Origin: Vitrella brassicaformis CCMP3155 | Taxonomy: Eukaryota; Protista; Chromerida | Reading direction: 5' to 3' | DNA length: 64,000 nt | Assembly: GCA_001179505.1 (NCBI GenBank) | Contig: CDMY01000802.1 | Span: 124,001 to 188,000 of the forward strand | Shown here: positions 39,254 through 51,177 of the stretch, piece after piece | Layout of the letters: the number at the start of each line of letters is the position of its first letter | Position numbering within the stretch: position 1 is the stretch's first letter | The notes under the pieces: model-generated | Seen by the model: only the letters and a program-made list of their open reading frames with translations | The model's database searches: none | Told to the model about the DNA's origin: nothing | Position numbers and translations under genes: made by a program

Positions 39254-39567
39254 TGTGCATACCGATGGGAATGATCTCCCGAGTTACACTAACTGAGTGA
39301 CCGACTGACCTCTCGCGAAGTGTTCACTCTTGAGGCCATTCAGGCGAACGACCTTCCGCTGCTTGGCTGGGCGCACATCATCAGATGCCATCTGTAGCAC
39401 AAACACAGCACACAGAAAGGCTCACAAATGTGTCTGTTCATATGAAGCACACTTACGCTCTGAGGCGCCCTCCTGGTCTCGGCAACAAACAGGGGTACCG
39501 CCGATGCATCAACGGCGGCAGGCGCGGCAACGGGAAGGTTGCGCAACGGACGACTGAAGCGGATCAT
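37317..39567 (-). CDS. moaA: GTP 3',8-cyclase (MoaA/CNX2/MOCS1A), radical SAM enzyme of molybdenum cofactor biosynthesis
   Basis: [24 protein letters not shown]|QYCMP (CxxxCxxC); IRLTGGEP; TTNG; INISLDTL; RFIEYMPF; [21 protein letters not shown]; C-terminal RPMIKIGG*. Arg-rich transit-peptide-like N-terminus [11 protein letters not shown]. Confidence 0.95.
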
Positions 39568-39994
39568 GCCTTCCGCTCTTCCTTCAGACAATCCATGAGA
39601 AGCAGAGGAGAATCAACGTGAGAAGCGAACGACGAGATCTGTGTCCGATTACCTACCTGTCGCTTTGCTGCGTCAGGCCCTCCTGTTTCTGCTCCTTCTC
39701 TGGCCCTCATTATTTGCGGGCTTATCTCTCATTTTGAGCTCGCATTTGAAGCGGGGAGGTGCTGGTGTACAGGCAAGATCTCGACATCGTTCTTTGACGT
39801 GAATGATGGGACGATGCCACAGAGGTGAGGGATATCAGCGAAAGCATGTAGATGCGCGTGTCCAGGCGTGTGTGAATCTGTTCCTTCCAGCCTCGTGCGT
39901 GTGTTCCTTGCAGCCATCATCCTTCTTCATTGCCCCGGCTTGATCATCCTTCTTCATTGAGCTGCAGCTCAAGCAGCCAGCTGGTGGGCGGGCG

Positions 39995-41205
39995 ATGGAT
40001 CATCACATTACATCTGTGCATGTTGTCCTTCTACGCTTCATCAGGTCCAAAGAGATGTGGCGCCGGCGCCTCGATGGTGACGCCAGTGAGGACAGAAAAT
40101 GGCCAATCACGCAGACACATGGATTCATTTGTGCACTTTCTGCGCTTTCAGACCAGCATGGTCCCGCGGCTTCATCGATTCCCCACGACCGTTTTTTCTC
40201 TGAGTTCCACGGCCACAAGATCAGCGATTTGGAGCATCTGTATGCCGCCCTGAAGAATCAGGTCGCGCCAACCCAGCCGCATCGGTTCATCTGGCTGGCG
40301 GGCGACTCGAGCCTGGACAACAAAGCCTGGCTCAACGAAACGGTGCCCGCAGCCAACGGGTGGGTACGCCAAGCAGTGATGGACGGGTGTGTGACGGTTG
40401 GTGGTCTGTGTCTTGATTGCCTCAACGCAGGTACGAGCATGTACTGAGTCCGCCGCTGTGTCGGCCTGACGTGGCCTTCCACCTTAACAGCATCATCGCC
40501 CACGAGGCCGACCCAACGCCCACCTCCCCCACACGTACCATCTGCATCAACACGGCTGTCGAGGAGTCGACACTCGCCGCTCGCAACGGCTCTTATATAT
40601 TCCCACACGACACCTTCATCAGAGACAACGTCGGCCCCAACGACGTGCTGGTGGTGTCTGTCGGTGGCAACGATATCGCATTGAACCCCTCAGCCGCCAC
40701 GATGGCCAACGCGTCGCTGCTGATCGGTTCGGAGAGCCCCGAGGACATCGACATGGCCCTGGGGCACTTTGTGGGTATGTTTCGGGATGACACGCGGCAC
40801 TATGTGATGAAGCTGATTGAGAAGGCGCGGCCGGCACTTGTCCTTGTCTGTATGATATACTTTCCCGACCAGAGGAGGACACCCTCGTGGGCCAACAGCG
40901 CTCTGGCGGTCAGCCAGCATTCTGGACAGAGGTGTGGCGTGTGCATGTGTGTATCTGCGTGTGTCAACATACAGGCGTTGGACTATGACACGCATCCCGA
41001 GAAGCTGCAAGCGGCCATCCGGCAGGTGTATGAGCTAGGCACCCGAGCCGTCCGCATTGAGGGCACTAAGGTGGTGCCGCTGGCTCTGTTTGACGTGCTG
41101 GACGGCACCGACTCTTCGCTGTACGTCGACCGGGTGGAGCCCTCCAGCAAAGGGGGCGAGATGATGGCCAGGACGATATGGGAGGCCGCCAAGGCCAATG
41201 CGTAG
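39995..41205 (+). CDS. SGNH/GDSL-fold hydrolase-like protein
   Basis: Block I IWLAGDSSLDNK, block III VVSVGGNDIAL, block V-like YVDRVEPS. Two introns. The start could instead be 40055. Confidence 0.75.
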
Positions 41206-41603
41206 ATATGATGTACACATTCTGTAGTGGCGGTCAACAGATGGGGCAGGGCAGCTGGGACGATGTTGTTTGTGCGACGTGTTTTTTTGGCATGACTCAC
41301 TCATTCGAGCGCTCTCGTCTACCTGTCCGTATGCATTCATGATAGTGTGTGTGTCCAGAGATAGATTCTGTGTCTACGCAGACATTGATGAGACTGGTTT
41401 CCATGGAAACTTGGGCTGACGGTCGGCCGGTCGGTAAGGGTTTGACGACCTTTCCCTACGTCCTGCAGGGATGAGCATCCCGGGATGAGCATTTCCAATG
41501 GATTCTCTATCCGAGACTGAGGGCTTGCCTCCAGCCCCCGGCATCCTGGCCGCGGACGCTGTTTACATCTTTGCAATTGCATCCAGCTCGATTTCCTTCG
41601 AAG

Positions 41604-44242
41604 ATGACAGCCCGATTGACAGCCCGCCAAGCCGTACTTGCCTCTTTGGCTGCGTCGTCCGCTGCGGCAGCCGGCGGCAATTGCAAGAAGCGGCCTGTGG
41701 GTGACGAGGAGGTGGATGAGAGCAGCGATGAGGGGGGTTCAGAGTGGGAGGGGCGCCGCACCAAGGCCGTCGTGCAGAAGAAGGCCAAACTCAACGACAA
41801 GGGCAAAGCCAAAGCCAAGAACAAGGGCAAGAGCACAAAGGTGGACAGTGCGGGCAGATCCAAGGCGGATAAGGCAGCAGACGACGATATCGAGATGGAG
41901 GTGAGGGCGGGAGCAAGCAACGCGGGACAAATGAAAAGAGTGGATGGATGGAACTGTTGCTTTGCTTCCGTGTGTTGTGTTGTGTTGTGTGCAGGATGTT
42001 GGTGTGGGTGGTGGTGATGTGGTGGCCTATTTCGCTGCGATGGCTGACAGACTGCAGGAGCAGCTGCAGCGGGTGCAGGACGCCAAGGCCAAGGTCACAC
42101 ACACAAATGCAAACACAAGCATGGAGCAGCAGCACTTATACCTTGTTGTGTGTGTGTGTGTGTGTGTGTGTCAGGCGGAGCATGTGTTTGAGTTGAAGGC
42201 TGCCCTCCCACCGCCCGAGTCGAACAGACAGCACAACCGCATGCAGGTCACACCAACACACCAACACACCAACCGACACTATCAGCAACACACAAGGGTG
42301 TTGATGGTGTTGATGGTGTTGATGGTGTTGGGTGGCAGGAGGTGGAGCGTCACGCCCGTGTGTGGTGTTCGATGGTGACCAGGGACGCCAACACGCAGGT
42401 CCACGACAGCAGCGTGAGGGCCACGTCGCAGCTGGAGGCAGTGGTCAAGAAGATGCAAGCCATCGCCGACAAGATCAAGGACATCGACCACAACGAGGAG
42501 GTAACCACACGACACACACACACACACTATGATGACAGACACACACATCGGCTGTTCCACAATTGCTGTTCCATCTCGGTTGGTCTCTCTCAGGCTAAGT
42601 TGTCGTTGGAGGATCTGCCTGAGCCGCTCTGGATGAGCACGGCTGAGGGGACGGGCGGCTTCGGGCTGGGCGCGTACCTCGGCTTCGTGCCGTCCATCGA
42701 GTCCCTCGCACCCGTCAGCACATCCATCAGAGCCCTCACACAGCAGCGCGCCATGCACCCCATCGTCGAACTCGATCGCAGCCCCAAGGCAAACACCATC
42801 AACAAATGGACAGGTCAGTGGTGTGCAGCAACACGCCACCCATGAGCCGACACATCCTCCCTCTTTGTGTGCCTGCGTGTGCGTCAGGTCGTTCGTCTGC
42901 GCCGTTGCGTGAGTGCCGAGTGTTTCGCGTCAACCACCGCCCCACCGTCACCCTCGTGCAGCTGCTGGAGAGGCTGGCGGGCGTGGTTGAGTCGGTGGAG
43001 CTGCTGTGCCCTCCGAAGGAGCCTGAGTACGACAAGAAGGGCCGCGAGAAGCCCAGACACGACGCAACGGACATGCAGTGGCGAAGGGGCGAGTTCAAGA
43101 AGGTCAAATACCTACCCTCAATCAAGGTGGGAAGGAGGAAGGAAACGGCGGAATGACAATGTACTGTGTGTCGGCCCTTGTCGCTTCGTCAGAAGCCGTA
43201 GGTGTTCTCGCGTCTGCAGAAGGTGTCGGTCAACAGTGTGTGGACCAAGCTTGTGGAGGATCGCAGCTACTCGTGGCCCGCCCTGCTTGAGCTCAGCACG
43301 GTGAGCGTGACCATGGCCGCCCCCCTAAGCTGGATCGCCAAGGCTGAGAAGGGACTCACATCGCTCGACCTCATGGTGGATAAGGTCAGAAGAAATGATG
43401 CGACACAACCCAACCAACACCCACGAATCAGTACAAGTACCTTCGTGCCCCCCTGTGTGTGTGTGTGTGTGTGCAGGATGATCCGAGTTGCAAGGAGAAG
43501 GTGGAGATCGACAAAATCGCAAAGGCCATCAAAGACACGCCCTCAGGTATGTGGAGACACCACACGCAACACGACACATCCGCATGCCGTCATCCCTCTC
43601 CGTGCGTGTATGGTTTATGGCTCAGCCAAGTCGCTCGCCAGCCTGTCGGGTCGCGTGCATCACAACCTGTCCGCCCCGGCAGCCGACGAGGGCTTCATCG
43701 CGCTGATGGGCTCCGACATGGGGGGCCCCCTGCACAACATACAGATGATACTCCCAGACATCAGAACCACAGACATGATCAAAGTAAGACACCAAAATGG
43801 ACGGTGGGTGAGCAGACAATGCACCACACGCTTCTCCCTCTGTCTGTCTCAACAACAACAACAGGCGTTGCACAAGTTCCGCTCCAGCTGTGTGGCCGAG
43901 GGCGCGCGCGAGGACTACCGTGGCGGCTTCACCGACGGCGAGGGCTGCATGGGGGGTGTCAAGCTCCGCCTGCCCCTGTCGGGCGCCGTAGCCCCCCTTG
44001 CCGACGCACAGTCGACGCTCGAGACATGCTGCCAGCAGGCCGAGACCGTCACACTCCCCACACGCACACATCACGCGCGTGACAATGCGGCGGCCATCGT
44101 CCCCGCCGCCTCCTTCGCCTGCCCCTCAGCCCACACACTCACCATCGAGTTCTGCGGCGGCCAGCATCCCCTGCCCCAGTACCTCCTCAACGACCCGGCC
44201 GCCATGCTGCCCCGTGTGGCGTCCATCGAGGTCAAGCAGAAG
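41604..44242 (+). CDS. Lineage-specific hypothetical protein (Lys/Asp-rich N-terminus, coiled coil, weak F-box-like LEDLPEPLW), 3'-truncated by TLDc paralogue D
   Basis: Consistent + strand exons with GT-AG borders up to ...RVASIEVKQK|gt at 44243. Within about 20 nt the sequence becomes antisense TLDc coding sequence. Confidence 0.6.
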
Positions 44243-44261
44243 GTCCGTTGCTTTTGCTTTG

Positions 44262-46930
44262 CTCTCTCCCATGTAGCTCTCAGGCACATGGTGGCTGTAG
44301 GTGTACTGACGGCAGCTGCGGATGTCGGCAGCAGGCCGGTCACTGTCCCTGCCACCCCACCCCAGCCACAGCCACTCACCGATGTACACACTCCACCCCA
44401 TGACGTGCTCCCCTCCCTCCCCGCCACCGACACATACTGCCGTCGTGGGACATTGATCCTGGTCGGTGTGTCGAAGTGGCCGGCCAATGAGAACCACCAC
44501 ACACCACAGCTGTACCTGCGATAGTCTGTCGGGTCGTCAGGTAGCTGCAGGCCGGCACTGATGTACACGCCGAAGACATACATGTCCTTGCGGACGATGA
44601 TCACCAGTCCGGTCTTGTCGCCCACACAGCGCAGCAAATCGCCATAGGTGGTGCCATCACGAGATGACCTGATACACACACACGCGCTCCTACTGTGCTG
44701 CTAGTATGAGAGTGCGTGCTTTGCCGCTTACTTGTATATGATGTTGAACTCCTTGCCGCCCAGCCAGTTGCACATGGCCACGTACTGACCGATTGTGAGA
44801 GGCGAATCAGCCCAAACACACTGGAATATCCACACACAGAGGCAAGAAGATACACAGCCAGTCTTCATAAGCATGTGCGCATTGGAGCAGACCTGCGCGC
44901 GGATTTCTTGCGGATGGCCTCCCCCAGCTGCACACCGATGTCGGACACAACAAGTGCACGTCTTTGTCTTTGTGTGAGTGTGTGTATGTCCGTTCACCTC
45001 GTCTGTGCTCTCCTGTGCGGCTGTCTGGTTGGATCCGATGAGCGCCTGCTGCCCCTGAAGTTGAACACACACAGCAGAGAGAGAGAGAGAGAGAGGGCAT
45101 TCGTATGTCTGTCTCTGTGTCTTTCGACCATCTCCATCTGACCTGAGTGGCGTGTTGCTGCAAATTGGTGTCCACGTACGTGCGCAGCTGCACCAAGGCA
45201 AAGGACACATGACCCAGAGAGCGTGTACGTGGGTGTCCCTTGCCTGCTCGATTGATGCGTTGATGGTGTCTTTCAGCGACTGTATCTCGCTCTGCGCCTC
45301 CTCGCGGATGACGTCACACAACTGCACAGACAGAGCACAGACAGAGAGATGAAGAACGCACATCTTGGCGGTTTGTTCGCTTACCTCTTGTGTGTTCTTC
45401 TTTGCCGCTGCCCTGTTGTCGTCGATGGCCTGCTCGAGACGTGAAGCCTTGCCGACCAACTCATCGTGGTTTGACACGATGAACGCTCTCTGCTCCTGTA
45501 GCTGTCACACAGCAGGACAGCCAGCCACGTGTGCCCCATTCATATGTGCTTATGTCTTTCTGATTTACCTGAGCGGACGTCTGCTGCCATATCGCCTCTT
45601 TGATGGCGGCCATCTTGTCCTCGATGGTCTGCAACAGCGCCGCCTCCTGGCGCATGGTCACCATTGTGGACTCCGTGTTGGCTCGCAGCTGCACAGAGAA
45701 AGACAGCAAGAGCGGGTCCATCACTTAGCCACTGGATGGACCCAGAGAGTGTGTATGTGGGTGTCCCTTGCCTGCTCGGTTGCCGCATTGATGGCGGCCC
45801 TGTCGGCTGCGCTGCTCTCCTTCAGCGCCTGGATCTCTGCCGCCTGCGATGCGACAGATGTTGCCAAGCTGCATACTGTCTGTGTGTGCGATGTGTGCTT
45901 CATACCTGTGTGTCGACTTTGCCTTGAAGCTGCTGTATCTGGGCTGCCTGCGGGCACTCACACGCACACATCAATGTTGCAAGTGAAGGACAATGTCAAG
46001 ACCTGACAGATACAGACGGGCGTACAACAAAATGAATCTGATGCACGTGGAATGTATCTGTGTGCGGCTGCGTACTTGCAGGCGAGACGAAGCGACTTGT
46101 CGTCTCCCAGCCACTCAAGCAGGGCAAGATAGCTGACCACTGTGAGTGAGCTGTCATGGAGGGGTGCCTTGAACACAGGGAAACAGACACAGAAAGGACA
46201 TAAACGCCAGAGCCTGCAAAGGCAGATAGATGGCTTACGAGTATGCTGGCGTCCGTGGCGGTCTGCTCCTTTTCGCCTTTACCAAATGCCTCGGACAGCT
46301 GCATACACAAGCAAGGATAACGAGAAGAGGTGATGCGCATCTACTGGTCTCTCGCTGTGTGCGTGTGTGCAGGCTCACCTCCTGTGTGTTGCTTTCCGCA
46401 GCTGTCTTGTTGGCGGCGATGGTCTGCTCGACATGCGGAGTCTTGCCGAGCACCTCAGAACGGCTCGGCTCAAGCAGCTGCATGGACACACACATCACAC
46501 GACACACAGCACATCGTCTATGGCCCTCTGGATGTGTCGTGTCTTTCGGTCTCACCTGAGTCGATATCTGCCGGTGCAAGGCTTCCGTCAGGGACACGAA
46601 CTTCTCTTCGATCATCTCCGCTAGTGTCGACCGGACGTCTTGGCAGGTGGCCGTTGTCACTTGCAACTGAACTGCCGCCCGGCTCCCATGGATCGGCCAG
46701 CCAGCGACGATGGCGACGATGGCGACGATGCCGACAGCCACGCAGATCAGCCCAAACGATGAGACCGCCAGTAGCGCACGCGTGAGCCAGTTGATTGTTT
46801 TGTCCGCTCGCACAAGCCGATCTGCCGCCTCCTCGAGTGTCATGACGCGCGGGGAGGACGGTGCCAGGGACCTCAGGCCTTCAATGAGAGGTGTGCTCTG
46901 GTCACGGCTGTGGCTGTCGCCTTCTGTCAT
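44262..46930 (-). pseudogene. TLDc paralogue D (single long TM, coiled coil), frameshifted and 3'-truncated
   Basis: TM segment LLAVSSFGLICVAVGIVAIVAIVAGW. A 1-nt deletion at about 44391-44395 (GGT GG-AGT GTG TAC versus GGT GCA AGT GTG TAC in B) splits the TLDc over two frames. The terminal LLGG...ADEIEVL is absent after YMGE. Confidence 0.75.
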
Positions 46931-47648
46931 CGATAATGGTGTTGCTGACACCCGGATCTCTCACTTGCTGCAGCAAGCACAGGGGAACAGCCGGTTGTGT
47001 CGGTGTTCCTGCTCTTCGCGATTGAATAATTCATCGACTTGCCTGTCTGTTTGGCTCTCGGTATCCTCTCGTCAACCTCGTCTACGCTTACACACAGATC
47101 TAGAAGGGGAGGACCTACTTCTCAAAGCTGCAGACGGCTGCAGCGTTGCATTCACACACATACCGGTGGATGGACGGATGGATGGATGGATGGACTGATG
47201 GATCGACGGACCATTTCCTTTGTTTCAAACCATCCAGCGAATTGAGCGCACCACACGGACAGGTTAGTTATCATCGCGGCCACCACGAAGGGCAGCCAGA
47301 CAGCCATACAGAGGTTTTTCGGTGGCTCTGTGCGCGGACATCTCTGTGTTGACACGGTGTGGTGTGGTGTTGATCAGCACTGATGACACTTGGTTAAGGG
47401 ACAGCGTCTCGTCTTGTGGAAGAAATGGTACAATGTCGCATAAAGGACGGCACAGTCTCACTGGCTGGCTATACATGTGAGTGGTCAACAAGACACTCGA
47501 TATCCGCCAGACGACCCAAGGCAGAGAAGAGAGAGACACGACCAATCAATGGCTATCTATGGTACACAGACGACAGACACCCATCAACAGCTATAGCCCG
47601 GGATGCGATTTATGTGGTAAAGCGGTATCGATACGGACAGGCCACCTA

Positions 47649-47765
47649 CTACCGCGCGTGCACCAAGTGCAGCACCTCTAGCTCGTCAGCCCTCAAGTAC
47701 TCTGACCCACCCAACACTGCATAGCCATATTGATTCCTCACTCCCAAGTAGCCCGCAGGCAGACA
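47649..47765 (-). pseudogene. Relic TLDc C-terminal fragment (seventh copy)
   Basis: PAGYLGVRNQYGYAVLGGSEYLRADELEVLHLVHAR* matches paralogue ends (PAGYTGERDEGGNALLGGSKYSMADEIEVLHVAGQ). No upstream TLDc sequence is present. Confidence 0.75.
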
Positions 47766-48106
47766 GCGGCTGTAGATCCGCTGAGCGCAGCAGCACCCTC
47801 CCGGGCTGGCCATGGACGTGGCTGCATGCCTGGCTGACTCAACCGAGCAATGATTCACAAAAAGTGGTGTGTACAAGCATCGTTCCGACAGCCAGCTATG
47901 GTACAGACAAACAACACACCCATCAAGACACACGCAGGAATAGAGAGCTCACACACGCAGGAGCACGTGTCGAAAGAATGACAGGAAGATATGCATGTGT
48001 GACACCTGACACTGAGTCAGTGACACACGAAGGCCACACGAGATAGATCGATAGAAAACACTGCAAGCGGCACATACAGCCAGACACAACTCTCTCTCTC
48101 CCTCTC

Positions 48107-50839
48107 TCACTGCCCCACCACATGCAGCACCTCTATCTCATCAGCCATGAACTCACTCACCCCACCCAACATAGCACAGCCATCCTCATCCCTCTCTCCC
48201 GTGTAGCCCTCAGGCACATGGCCGGAGGTCCACTGACGGCACCTGCAGATGTCGACGGCAGGCCGGCCACCCCTGCCAAAGCCACCCCACCCTAGACGCA
48301 GATCCCCGCCGATATACACATTCGCACCACCCACAATCCTCTCCCTCCCCGCCACCACCACAAGCTGGCACTCTTCGTTAATGTCGATCTTGGTCGGTGT
48401 GGGGAAGTGGCCGGCCAATGAGAAATACCACAGATCACAGCTGTATCTGCGGCTCTTGGTGGGGTCGTCGGGCAGCTGCAGGCCGGCACTGATGTACACG
48501 CCGAAGACATATGTGCCCCTGCGGATGATGATCACCAGGCCGTTCTTGCTGGCCACACAGCGGAGCAAATCGCTATACGTGGTGCCGTCACGCGATGACC
48601 TGATACACACGCACACACGCGTGAGCTACTGCGCTGCTAGTTAGAATGTGTGCTTTGCCGCTTACTTGTATATGATGTTGAACTCCTTGCCGCCCAGCCA
48701 GTTGCACATGGCCACGTACTGACCGATTGTGAGAGGCGAATCAGCCCAAACGCACTGGAATATCCTCACACAGAGGCAACAAGATACACAGCCAGTCGCA
48801 TAAGCATGTGCGCATTGGAGCAGACCTGCGCGCGGATTTCTTTGCGGATGGCCTCCTCCAGCTGCACACCGATGTCGGCCACAACAAGTGCACGTCTTTG
48901 TCTTTGTCTGAGTGTGTCTCTGTCCGTTCACCTCCTCTGTGTTCTTCTGTGCGGCTGTTCGGTTGGACTCGATGAGCGCCTGCTGCTCCTGTAGCTGAAC
49001 ACACACAGCAACAGAGAGAGAGAGAGAGAGGGCATCCGTATGTCTCTCTGTGTGCCTTTCGCCCATCTCCATCTGACCTGAGTGGCGTGTTGCTCCAAAT
49101 CGGTGTCCACGTGTGTGCGCAGCTGCATGCAGTGAGACGGCAGGAGGGAGCGTATCTCGCCTGCGCTAAGCGTGTGTATGTGGGACGTCACTTGCCTGGT
49201 CGATCGATGTGTCGGTGGCTCCCTTCAGCGCACGCATCTCTTCGGCCTGCGTGAGACCATTCAAACACATATATACACACACACACGTATGCGCCCTCAA
49301 GCATTCAGCTGCGTGGCATGAGTACCTGTGTATCGACTTTGGCATGGAGCGCCTGTATCTGGGCTGCCTGCGGGCACTCCAGACACACACACACACACAC
49401 ACAGATAACACGAACGAGCGCGATGCCCATTGGAGTGTACCTGTGCGCGCAATTCCCTGCGGGTGGCCGTGCTCAGCTGCGCACAAGTGTCGGGGCGCCA
49501 GAGAAACGAAGACTGCACGTCTTTGCCTTCGTCTGAGTGTGTGCAGTTAGTTTGTCATGTCACCTCGTCTGTGTTCTTCTGTGCGATTGTCTGGTTTGAT
49601 TCGATGATGGACTGCAGCTCCTGTAACTGAACACACACAGCAGAGAGAGAGAGAGAGAGAGAGGGCATTTGCGTGTATGTCAGTCCGTGTCTTCCCCATG
49701 TCGATCTGACCTTAGTAGCGTGTTGCTGCAAATTGGTGTCCACGTACGTGCTGTTGTCACCGATCGCCTGCTGCAGCTCTGACGTCTTGGAGAGCATCTC
49801 AGTGCGGGTCGATTCGATGAGGACTTTCTGGTCCTGCAGCTGCATGGACACCGAACACACAAACATCGCGTCTGTGAATGTCCTCAGTGTGAAGGCCTGG
49901 TCACACCTGGGTGGTCATCTGCTGCTCCATCTCCGCTTTGAGTGCCGCCAGTCCAGTGGCCGTGTCCTGACGAATGGTCGCCATGGTGGTGTCAACGTAT
50001 TCTCGCAGCTGTGCGCAGTGGTCAACAGAAGAAGGCAGGAGTGCGGCAATGTCATTACGGATCGTGCGTCTTACGTTATCGTTTGACGTCTGGATGGCCG
50101 TCTGGTGGGTCTGGAGCGCCTGTATCTGGGCAGCCTGCAGCCACATAAGTGTGAATGAGCTTGAGGACATGTATCCCTCCTCCCACCTGATAAGCAGAGA
50201 ATGCGGCGAGTGCCAACGCCAACAACAAGAAAAGCTGCACATCCATATCGGACACGAGTACACACGACATCTTTCCTGCTTGACCTGTTTTGGTGTGGAT
50301 CTGCCTCTCACCTGCCCACCGTAGCCCGATGACGCCTTGCTTCTGACCTCCTCATCGGCATCCTCTTCGACGTCACCATTCGTATCAGCTGCGTGCCCCG
50401 CAGCCTCATCCACAGGTGGCCCAGGGAGGCCATGGTAGCTGCTCTGTTCGTCCTTGCTGTCGTCATGGTGCTGCCCCTCCCACTCGCCCGCCTCACAAAC
50501 GGCAGGGCACTGCTGGCCAGTGCTGACGGGGCTGCTCAAGAACGACAGCTGCATGGCCGCGTGTGTGTCGTTGTATGCTTCCGCGACAGGTTGCTCGACC
50601 GACGTATTGTTGGTGAGAGTTGCCATGGACAGGCAGATGGCGAAGCCGGTAGTCATGCACACGAGCCCAACCGAGACGACGATGGCAGCAAACACGCGCA
50701 TGCCGATGGTCTTGCCCCTGGCGGCCTCTTCTGCTCGGATGAGCTGGTCTCCCGCCTCCTCGAGGCTCATGACGCGCAGGGACGGCGGCACCAGGGAGCA
50801 AAGGCTGCGAACGAGAGGGATGCGGCTAGTGGCTTCCAT
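48107..50839 (-). CDS. TLDc-domain protein, paralogue E (two predicted TM helices, long coiled coil)
   Basis: RVMSLEEAGDQLIRAEE; TM1 VFAAIVVSVGLVCMTTGFAICLSMA; TM2 exon LFLLLALALAAFSAYQ; NWLGGKEFNIIYK|SSRDGTTYSDLLRCV...FMADEIEVLHVVGQ*. Confidence 0.82.
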
Positions 50840-51042
50840 GGTGCTGGTCTTGCTTGTCCCCTCTGCAGCGAACAACGGACAGCAAGCACAGGGAAACAGG
50901 CGGTTGTGTCGGTGTTCCTACTCTCGTGATTGAATAATTCATCGACTTGCCTGTTTGTTTGGCTCTCGGTATCCTCTCGTCAACCTCGTCTATGCTCACA
51001 CAAGAGATCTAAAGGAGAAGGCCGTTTCTTTCTCTTCTCTCG

Positions 51043-51055
51043 GCTAAGCTCGCAG
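51043..51055 (+). promoter_or_regulatory. Candidate promoter motif GCTAAGCTCGCAG (also 17048-17060 reverse complement and 58426-58438)
   Basis: An exact 13-mer found in three divergent intergenic regions. Function is inferred from position only. Confidence 0.4.
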
Positions 51056-51177
51056 ACGTTACTGAGCTCGCGCAATCTTCCGCAAAGGTAGGCCGTGTGG
51101 CTGCCGAGGTGCGAAGGGGGCCATAAAGTATTTCTGATCTTCTGATTGGGCCTGAATTATCCTTCTGACCTTCGGTG

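Noticed and set aside
20881-39567. A metal-cofactor cluster linking the vanadium haloperoxidase, MoaA and the MFS transporter
   Set aside because: VHPOs use free vanadate, not Moco. The genes are separated by unrelated loci and eukaryotic linkage here looks incidental.
44243-44524. C-terminal extension of ORF 43202..44524
   Set aside because: It is a read-through of an intron start into antisense TLDc sequence, with no evidence that it is coding.
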